This document shows positions 38,000-44,923 of a stretch of DNA of 64,000 nucleotides, piece after piece (within the stretch, counting starts at the first letter, position 1; every line of letters starts with the position of its first letter). The position numbers were made by a program, and so were the translations under genes. Where the stretch lies: assembly GCA_022508985.1 (NCBI GenBank), contig JAFLUA010000010.1:7476-71475 (forward strand), given 5' to 3'. Under the pieces are notes generated by a model that saw only the letters and a list, made by a program, of their open reading frames with translations, searched no databases and was not told the origin of the DNA. The DNA comes from Muribaculaceae bacterium. Lineage in GTDB: Bacteria; Bacteroidota; Bacteroidia; Bacteroidales; Muribaculaceae.

Positions 38000-39241
38000 A
38001 TGCAAAACATAGAAATAATACTGATAAACATAACCGGGGCCGATCGTCCCGGCGTAACTTCCGCACTAACCGAAATACTGGCCCGACATGAGGCGCAGAT
38101 TCTCGATATCGGTCAAGCCGACATCCACCACTCTTTGTCGCTGGGTATAATGTTCAGAACAACACCCGATCGCTCCGGTGACATAATGAAAGATTTATTA
38201 TTTAAGTGCTATGAGCTCAACGTCAAAATACGCTTTTCGCCGGTAACGATTGAAGACTATGAAGCTTGGGTCTCTCGACAAGGAAAAAACAGGTGGATTA
38301 TTACAATATTAGGCCGACAGCTCACCGCTAAGCATATTGCAATGGTGACTGAAGAAATAGCCCGTCAAGAGCTAAATATCGATGGTATACAACGTCTTAC
38401 CGGACGTATGCCCTTGAGCGCCGATGAAGAGCCGAGATCGAAATCGTGTGTTGAATTTTCTGTGCGCGGCAACCCTATCAGCCATAGCGCTATGCAACAC
38501 AGATTTATGCAGATATCACAGCAAGAAGAGTTCGATATCTCGCTACAAGAAGACAATGTATTCCGACGCTGTCGCCGCCTTATTTGTTTTGATATGGATT
38601 CAACTCTTATTGAAACAGAAGTAATCGACGAACTTGCCGTACGCGCCGGCGTTGGCGATAAAGTCAAGGCTATAACAGAATCGGCCATGCGTGGCGAAAT
38701 TGATTTCTGCGAAAGTTTCAAAAAGCGTATTGCACTCTTGGAAGGCCTCGACGAAAGCGTTTTGCGTGATATCGCAGAAAACTTACCCATCACCGAAGGT
38801 GTTGAGAGAATGATGCAAGTACTAAAGCGCACCGGTTATAAGACAGCAATATTATCAGGCGGCTTCACTTATTTCGGCAACTATCTCAAGCAAAAATTCG
38901 GTTTTGATTATGTATATGCCAACGAATTAGAGATTGTCGACGGGAAACTTACAGGCCGCTATATCGGCGATATTGTCGATGGCAAACGCAAGGCCGAACT
39001 CCTTCGTATAATTGCACAAGTAGAAAACATCAACATTGCCCAAACAATTGCTGTCGGCGACGGCGCTAACGACCTACCAATGCTATCGACCGCCGGTTTG
39101 GGAATAGCATTCCATGCCAAGCCTAAAGTTAAGCAGACAGCACGGCAATCGATTTCTACCATAGGGCTTGATGGCGTTTTATATTTCTTGGGCTTCAAAG
39201 ATAGTTTTATTGGAGAGACACCGGCCAGTAATGTTGAATAA
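38000..39241 (+). CDS. serB: Phosphoserine phosphatase with N-terminal ACT domains
   Basis: HAD motifs FDMDSTLI and GDGANDLPML. ATG 38000 is preferred because a TAACTTTG box (37968-37975) lies too close to the listed 37979 start. Confidence 0.85.
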   Translation: MQNIEIILINITGADRPGVTSALTEILARHEAQILDIGQADIHHSLSLGIMFRTTPDRSGDIMKDLLFKCYELNVKIRFSPVTIEDYEAWVSRQGKNRWIITILGRQLTAKHIAMVTEEIARQELNIDGIQRLTGRMPLSADEEPRSKSCVEFSVRGNPISHSAMQHRFMQISQQEEFDISLQEDNVFRRCRRLICFDMDSTLIETEVIDELAVRAGVGDKVKAITESAMRGEIDFCESFKKRIALLEGLDESVLRDIAENLPITEGVERMMQVLKRTGYKTAILSGGFTYFGNYLKQKFGFDYVYANELEIVDGKLTGRYIGDIVDGKRKAELLRIIAQVENINIAQTIAVGDGANDLPMLSTAGLGIAFHAKPKVKQTARQSISTIGLDGVLYFLGFKDSFIGETPASNVE

Positions 39242-39661
39242 AAACAAAAGAAATACAATTAATTACAGCACCTCAGAAGCCTGATAGTGCAATCTTCAAA
39301 ATCCTATATTTTCCCAACTTTTACCCCTTTCTCGCTTGACTCGGCTCGTAAGTTCTATTTCGTCAACTGCTTCAACATCGTTGAACAGCTGCCGCTTGTC
39401 TGCTCCACGACTGACAAGATAAGCTCCGACCGCTCCGTGGCGGTTATAGGTCGTGGCGCACAATTCTACGACGTTACCAACTCCAAGGAGTATGAGACCG
39501 AAACCGGACCTTTGACTTCCGACGAGTGCCGTCTTATTGAGCAAATGCTCCAATCGCCAAAGGTCAGGATACAATGAGGCTTCGAGTCGGATGTCGAGGA
39601 AGATTTCTTTGGTCATTGTTTATCTTTTAAGAAGTCCAAAGCGCTTCGCGATAACGACGCC

Positions 39662-39820
39662 ATGTTTGAAATTCTCATTACCGACTTCACTTGTGAGTTG
39701 TCGAACTCCGAACTTAACAAGGTCAAGTTCACATGGCAGTTTGCGGAGGCTACTCCGAAACTCAATCTTCCGACTACTCCGAGAATATTCAACTCCGTTT
39801 ATAACCCTGTCTATTCGTAA
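39662..39820 (+). CDS. Small ORF X (52 aa), ends ..RIFNSVYNPVYS
   Basis: Below the ORF-track cutoff. Its C-terminal codons are conserved with copy C (GIFNDKFNPVYS, stop 42222-42224), with synonymous changes gtc/gtt, tat/tac and tcg/agc. The frame is open back to 39578. Confidence 0.35.
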   Translation: MFEILITDFTCELSNSELNKVKFTWQFAEATPKLNLPTTPRIFNSVYNPVYS

Positions 39821-39823
39821 CCA

Positions 39824-40057
39824 ATGGCTCGCTCGATAGATATATCCACAGCTCGGCACATCCTTAACTCCGGCGACCCTGTCGATATTTCCGTTTGGAA
39901 ATCCGATGGCTCTATCCTCGAACTCCGTAACGTCATTTCTATTCGCTACGACTTTTACGGAGGTTGGAGAAATGTCAAAATCCTTGCTTCCGGCGAGTGC
40001 AGAAAATTGAGAGACATCTGCATTTTCCGCGTGAACGATTGTCCGGTGTTCCTTTAA
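39824..40057 (+). CDS. Small conserved hypothetical protein Y (77 aa): ..SGDPVDISVWKSDGSILELRNVISIRYDFYGGWRNVKILASGECRKLRDICIFRVNDCPVFL
   Basis: ATG lies 3 nt after the X stop. 12 of 21 differing codons versus copy B are synonymous in this frame. It is followed by its own palindromic terminator. Confidence 0.6.
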   Translation: MARSIDISTARHILNSGDPVDISVWKSDGSILELRNVISIRYDFYGGWRNVKILASGECRKLRDICIFRVNDCPVFL

Positions 40058-40080
40058 TCACAACGTTGTGATTATTTTTA
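40056..40080 (+). terminator. Perfect palindrome AATCACAAC/GTTGTGATT followed by ATTTTTA
   Basis: Read directly; overlaps the Y stop codon. Confidence 0.55.
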
Positions 40081-40199
40081 TAAATTTATTTATGTCATAA
40101 TAGTCTTTTCGCTATATTGTTTTTCCTTTAAGCTCCATTTTTACGCAAAATGTGAAAATTTCAGAGTAAAATTGAAAACATTATTAGATAAAAATATCG

Positions 40200-40207
40200 T
40201 AACTTTG
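40200..40207 (+). promoter_or_regulatory. Bacteroidetes -7 box TAACTTTG upstream of the SDR gene
   Basis: Matches TAnnTTTG, 19 nt before ATG 40227. Confidence 0.45.
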
Positions 40208-40226
40208 CATTGAAAATTAACTGTAT

Positions 40227-41060
40227 ATGAGAAAAGATGTAATGATATTGACCGGTGCAGGTCAAATAGGTATGGCGATTGCCCGAAGAATGGGATATGG
40301 AATGAAAATCATTATCGGAGACAAAAGTCTTAATAATGCACAGACCATTGCAAAGATAATGAATGACGCCGGTTTTGATTGTGAAGCCGTCGAAACCGAC
40401 ATTTCTTCAAGAGAGTCAATCTTAAATATCATAAATGTTGCCAAAAGTTACGGCGATATAAAAATGCTTGTTAATGCCGCCGGGGTTTCTCCCAGTCAGG
40501 CTCCGATTGAAGCCATTTTGAAAGTTGACCTTTACGGCACTGCCGTTTTGCTTGAAGAAGTCGGGAAAGTTATCTCGGAAGGAGGTACGGGAGTAACTAT
40601 ATCCAGTCAATCGGGTTATCGGATGCCGGCACTAACTCCACAAGAAGATGAACTATTGGCGACAACCCCAACCGATGAATTATTAAAGCTCGACATTCTT
40701 CAGCCGTCTGCCATACGCGACACCCTCCACGCCTATCAAATGGCGAAACGGTGTAATGTGAAACGAGTGATGGCCGAAGCCGTGAAATGGGGAGAAAGAG
40801 GTGCGCGAATTAACTCTATTTCTCCAGGCATTATCGTTACTCCGCTTGCTATTGATGAATTTAATGGTCCAAGAGGCGATTTCTACAAAAATATGTTTGC
40901 CAAATGTCCGGCTCGTAGACCAGGCACTGCGGATGAAGTTGCCAATGTTGCCGAACTTCTGATGCGTCCGCAAGGAGCTTTTGTCACAGGAGCAGACTTC
41001 TTGATAGATGGTGGAGCTACCGCATCATATTTCTATGGACAATTACGACCTCAAAACTAA
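40227..41060 (+). CDS. SDR-family oxidoreductase
   Basis: TGAGQIGMAIARR (TGxxxGxG), catalytic YQMAK (YxxxK), and the NAAG motif. Confidence 0.85.
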   Translation: MRKDVMILTGAGQIGMAIARRMGYGMKIIIGDKSLNNAQTIAKIMNDAGFDCEAVETDISSRESILNIINVAKSYGDIKMLVNAAGVSPSQAPIEAILKVDLYGTAVLLEEVGKVISEGGTGVTISSQSGYRMPALTPQEDELLATTPTDELLKLDILQPSAIRDTLHAYQMAKRCNVKRVMAEAVKWGERGARINSISPGIIVTPLAIDEFNGPRGDFYKNMFAKCPARRPGTADEVANVAELLMRPQGAFVTGADFLIDGGATASYFYGQLRPQN

Positions 41061-41073
41061 CAAAATAACGAGT

Positions 41074-41721
41074 ATGATTAAGAAATTTATCATCGGTCTT
41101 TGCTCAATTTTTAGCTTAACCGCTTGTGCTTCAAACTCAGACCAAAATAACGAAAACAATACCATTCAACAATCAGAAGAAATAAAAATGGACGGAAAAA
41201 AATTAGTAGTTTATTTCTCCCATAAAGGCGAAAACTACAATGTAGGTTATATCGAGAAAGGCAATACGGCTATCATAGCAGATATGATTGCAGAAGCCAC
41301 AGGCGCCGACAAATTCGAGATTGTGCCTGAAAAGGAATATCCAGTTAATTACAGTGAATGTATCGAAGTAGCACAACAGGAAAAACGAGACAATGCACGT
41401 CCCGCTGTCAAGGGAGACATCGCCATTGAGGATTACGATATAATTTTTATCGGTTATCCTAACTGGTGGGGCGAGGTGCCGATGTGTGTTTATGCTTTCA
41501 TCGAAAAACACGACTGGAACGGCAAAACCGTTATTCCTTTTATAACTCATGAAGGTAGCGGAATGGGTGGCACCGACAGCAAGATTGCAAAGGCTACGAC
41601 CGGCTCTAATACTCTCGTTGGCAAAGGGCTTGCCGTTCAGGGTAAAGTTGCACAGAAAAATCGTAAATCCGCACAAAAAAGTGTTGTAAATTGGCTGACA
41701 GGGCTTAATGTTAATAAATAA
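41074..41721 (+). CDS. Flavodoxin-like lipoprotein
   Basis: ORF 41008.. trimmed to ATG 41074 (MIKKFIIGLCSIFSLTACAS lipobox). Motifs LVVYFSHKGENY and FIGYPNWWG. Confidence 0.75.
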   Translation: MIKKFIIGLCSIFSLTACASNSDQNNENNTIQQSEEIKMDGKKLVVYFSHKGENYNVGYIEKGNTAIIADMIAEATGADKFEIVPEKEYPVNYSECIEVAQQEKRDNARPAVKGDIAIEDYDIIFIGYPNWWGEVPMCVYAFIEKHDWNGKTVIPFITHEGSGMGGTDSKIAKATTGSNTLVGKGLAVQGKVAQKNRKSAQKSVVNWLTGLNVNK

Positions 41722-41742
41722 TTAGTTCGTTTCGCAAGTCAT

Positions 41743-42507
41743 ATAGTTGTCTTTTCGTACCCAAGAGACTGTCCATATCTTTGCTGTCATCGCCTTGGCG
41801 CTTTGCCTTGGCAAAGAATAAAGCAAAAAAGATATGGACTTTTTAGATTCTAACAATTCCGGATGCGCTCGGCAAAGCGCAAGCGAACTTGGCTCTGCAC
41901 TCACTGCACGGAAAGTCTTAATTTTAACTCCGTCGAGAACGTGCCCGGCTTCGAGGCTCGGGCAGCGTTCACTGTCAACTCTGCAACTGTGTTCACTCCC
42001 GTTGGTCGTGGCTGCTTCGCGGTCAAGGAAGACGTTGACATCGTGCCGATCATTATTGACGACACATTAAGTTATGTGCTGTGGGTGGCGACAACCAACT
42101 GCCCTATAACGTCATCGACCTTATAGAGAGGGACGAAACCCTCTCTACGTGCCAAGTGTTCAACGCCGAGGTCTGCTTCGGGTACGGTATCTTCAACGAT
42201 AAGTTCAACCCTGTTTACAGCTAAAGCTATATCACAAGAGGTTCGCATTACCACCGTACGAAAAATGCTCAACAGCGGTGACCCCGTCGATATTACGGCA
42301 TGGTTATCGGCTTGCCGCTTTCGTAGCTAAGCGGAGAAAGAACGCCGACGGCTTAATCGTTCACCACAAGCGTTGTATATCACTGCGTTACAACTTCTAC
42401 GGAGGTTGGCGCAACATCAAAATCCTTGCTTACGGCGAGTGCCGCAAGCTCCGTGACGATGCATTTTCCGCGTTGTAACGCGTGAAACGATTGGTGGTGT
42501 TTTTATA
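41743..42507 (+). pseudogene. Repeat copy C: full-length but disrupted W-X-Y module with the conserved 5' segment
   Basis: The 5' 75 nt is shared with copy B. The W-like frame is 41863-42126 (TAG). X-like ends NPVYS at 42224. Y is split by a frameshift near 42300-42315 (..MLNSGDPVDITAW / ..RLAAFVAKRRKNADGLIV..SLRYNFYGGWRNIKILAYGECRKLRD) and has a 10-nt insertion in its tail. Confidence 0.65.
41771..41844 (+). terminator. Nested hairpin: 12-bp perfect arms GTCCATATCTTT / AAAGATATGGAC enclosing CTTTGCC-TT-GGCAAAG, followed by TTTTT
   Basis: Arms at 41771-41782 and 41828-41839, inner palindrome 41801-41816, T-run 41840-44. It could terminate the flavodoxin cassette. The 5' arm also contains a TATCTTTG -7-like box. 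Confidence 0.45.
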
Positions 42508-42539
42508 GCGGCAGTTGCCTATTTCTCAGCAAAATTTCC

Positions 42540-42547
42540 TAATTTTG
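42540..42547 (+). promoter_or_regulatory. Bacteroidetes -7 box TAATTTTG upstream of ssb
   Basis: Matches TAnnTTTG. Confidence 0.4.
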
Positions 42548-42626
42548 CAGAATAAAAAAAACTAAACCCGATAGCTTGACAAGTCAGGGGCTACCGGGAA
42601 TCAACATTGCAAAAATACATAACAGA

Positions 42627-42959
42627 ATGAACAAAGTAATACTGCTCGGAAATGTAGGACAAGACCCGCGAATGCGTATGGTTGACAGTAGCCAGGTGGC
42701 AGAGTTCAGTCTTGCAACAAACGAGCGTCGCAGCACACGCGCTGCCGACGGGTCGATTGTAGAGCTACCCGAATTGACCGAATGGCACAATATTGTCATG
42801 TGGGGCCGTGCCGCCGAATTTGCCGAAAAATATATACGCAAAGGTTCTCGCCTGCTGATCGAAGGGAAAATACGTACTCGCACGTGGGAAGACCGCAACG
42901 CTATAAAACGTAATATCACAGAGATATATGTTGACTCATTTGAATTATTACCACGCTAA
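42627..42959 (+). CDS. ssb: Single-stranded DNA-binding protein, short form (110 aa, OB fold only)
   Basis: ORF 42576.. trimmed to ATG 42627 (MNKVILLGNVGQDP..). Ends ..YVDSFELLPR with no Gly/Pro linker or acidic tail. Confidence 0.85.
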   Translation: MNKVILLGNVGQDPRMRMVDSSQVAEFSLATNERRSTRAADGSIVELPELTEWHNIVMWGRAAEFAEKYIRKGSRLLIEGKIRTRTWEDRNAIKRNITEIYVDSFELLPR

Positions 42960-42972
42960 AGCATAATTTTAT

Positions 42973-43845
42973 ATGAAGATGAACGGACGCCGCCTCAGCG
43001 GCAATGTTGAAGACCGTCGCGGCATAAGCGGTGGCAAAATAGGCCTCGGTGGAGGCATTATAGGTGTTATTATCGTAGCCGCCATTACATTGTTTTCCGG
43101 AGGAAATATTGGAGATGTACTCACAAATGTTATGGGCAGCAATATGATGCAAGCGAACTATGCATCATCGGAATATCAACCAACAGAAGAAGATGAACGC
43201 CTTGCAACCTTCGCTTCGCAAATATTGGCAGGGACGGAAGACGTATGGACTCAAGTCTTCAGGCAGAAAGGTTGGGGCGAATATAAATGTCCTAAATTGG
43301 TATTGTTTAGTGGTAGCGTTAACTCCGGATGCGGCAGCGCGACAGCTCAAACAGGTCCATTCTACTGCTCTGCCGATCAAACGGTTTATATAGACCTCGA
43401 CTTTTTCAAAGAAATGCCGAAATCGATAGGCGCCGGTGGCGATTTTGCTTATGCATATGTGATAGCGCACGAGGTCGGACACCATGTGCAGTATCTATTG
43501 GGCACACTCAATCAAGCTCACTCATTAATGTCGAGATTAAGCGAAAGAGAATCAAATCAGATAAGCGTACGCCTGGAGCTACAAGCCGATTTCTACGCCG
43601 GTGTATGGGCATCGCTTGACAATAAGATGTTTGGTTCGATCGAAGAAGGCGACATCGAAAATGCTATCAATGCAGCCTCCAAAATCGGCGACGATTACTT
43701 GCAGCGAAAAGCGTATGGAGGTGAGATGCCCGATAGCTTCAACCATGGCCGCTCAGAACAACGCGTTCGTTGGCTAAGTAAAGGCATTCAGACCGGAAAT
43801 CCCGACTACGGCGACACCTTCACGCCCGCCTATTCTCAGTTATGA
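42973..43845 (+). CDS. ypfJ: Neutral zinc metallopeptidase (YpfJ family)
   Basis: N-terminal TM and HEVGHHVQ zinc motif. Confidence 0.8.
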   Translation: MKMNGRRLSGNVEDRRGISGGKIGLGGGIIGVIIVAAITLFSGGNIGDVLTNVMGSNMMQANYASSEYQPTEEDERLATFASQILAGTEDVWTQVFRQKGWGEYKCPKLVLFSGSVNSGCGSATAQTGPFYCSADQTVYIDLDFFKEMPKSIGAGGDFAYAYVIAHEVGHHVQYLLGTLNQAHSLMSRLSERESNQISVRLELQADFYAGVWASLDNKMFGSIEEGDIENAINAASKIGDDYLQRKAYGGEMPDSFNHGRSEQRVRWLSKGIQTGNPDYGDTFTPAYSQL

Positions 43846-44858
43846 TAAATGCCGAGCACGATAAGCGCTATATGCGCCGTGCCTTGCAATTGGCATTGAA
43901 CGGCAATGGACACGTCTCGCCCAACCCTATGGTTGGCGCTGTAATTGTTGCGCCCGACGGTCGAATTATCGGTGAAGGGTGGCATCGTAAATATGGCGGC
44001 CCTCATGCCGAAGTTAACGCTGTTGACTCAGTATCTGAAGCAGATAAAAATCTTCTTAAGAAATCGACAATATACGTCACGTTAGAGCCTTGCTCGCACT
44101 ACGGCAAAACGCCTCCTTGCGCAGAATTACTTATTAAGTGTGGAATAGCTCGTGTCGTAATTGGTGCCGGAGACCCCAATCCGCGTGTTGCCGGAAAAGG
44201 TATCTCTATGCTTAAAGATGCAGGCATAGATGTTGTAACAGGTATCCTCGAAGCCGAGTCAATAGCATTAAACAAAAAGTTTATGACAGCCCATCGTCTT
44301 CGTCGCCCGTTCATCACCTTAAAATGGGCACGCAGCGCCGACGGTTTTATGGATGTTCATAGGTCGCAAGATGAACCTCCGGCACGTTTTTCCACACCTC
44401 TAACACAGCAGGTCGTTCATCAACGGCGAGCCTTACATGATGCCATTGCCGTTGGTGCGGGCTCCATTCTGGCGGATAACCCGAGTCTTAATGTAAGATT
44501 AATTGCCGGAAACAATCCTATCCCTATCATTTTCGACCGACATGGGTTAATTGACAAACAAAATTGCAAAATATATGATTATGCAATACATATCACCGAC
44601 AAAACAGAACTAAAAGACGTCTTGAGCAATCTTTTTATAGAAAAAGGCATTACTTCGATTCTCGTAGAAGGTGGTGCAGGTCTACTTAAAGAATTTATTA
44701 ATAATGATTTGTGGGATGAAGCATACGAGGAAATCTCCCCCGAGACATTAGGCAATAATGGCTGTGTAGAAGCCCCGACAATTGAAGGTGGGATATGTCT
44801 TGCAAAGGAAAAATGTAATAGTATTAATTTTTATTCGCATAACTTTAACGCCTTTTAG
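43842..44858 (+). CDS. ribD: Bifunctional riboflavin biosynthesis deaminase/reductase
   Basis: HAEVNA and PCSHYGKTPPC deaminase motifs with a C-terminal reductase domain. Confidence 0.9.
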   Translation: MINAEHDKRYMRRALQLALNGNGHVSPNPMVGAVIVAPDGRIIGEGWHRKYGGPHAEVNAVDSVSEADKNLLKKSTIYVTLEPCSHYGKTPPCAELLIKCGIARVVIGAGDPNPRVAGKGISMLKDAGIDVVTGILEAESIALNKKFMTAHRLRRPFITLKWARSADGFMDVHRSQDEPPARFSTPLTQQVVHQRRALHDAIAVGAGSILADNPSLNVRLIAGNNPIPIIFDRHGLIDKQNCKIYDYAIHITDKTELKDVLSNLFIEKGITSILVEGGAGLLKEFINNDLWDEAYEEISPETLGNNGCVEAPTIEGGICLAKEKCNSINFYSHNFNAF

Positions 44859-44923
44859 CAAAAAGATTTTGCCCTATTAATGCCAAAATTATAATTTTGC
44901 ATTTTGAAATATAAAAAACCACG

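Larger units (their letters stand above)
39287..40085 (+). repeat. Repeat copy A: W-X-Y module (three collinear ORFs in one frame separated by single stops), Y intact
   Basis: Homologous to 41925-42507 and to copies B and D (alignments done by eye; details in findings). Confidence 0.6.

Noticed and set aside
39537-39839. Listed + strand 100-aa ORF in frame 0.
   Set aside because: Conserved codons shared with copy C (..IFN..NPVYS-stop) lie in a different frame (X, 39662-39820). Frame 0 shows no conservation.
39620-40057. The minus-strand frame is open across the whole of ORF Y (listed in part as 39620..39859, 79 aa). Together with 39296..39616 (106 aa) it looks like a two-gene minus-strand operon.
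   Set aside because: The minus frame is codon-aligned antisense to Y. Substitutions between copies fall on + strand third positions, which are minus-strand first positions, so selection acts on the + frame. The start is a GTG, and the A-versus-C conservation pattern follows + strand frames.
39824-42478. Diversity-generating retroelement (template/variable repeat) as an explanation for the repeated Y segments.
   Set aside because: Differences between copies are not restricted to adenine positions and are mostly synonymous. No reverse transcriptase is present in the window.
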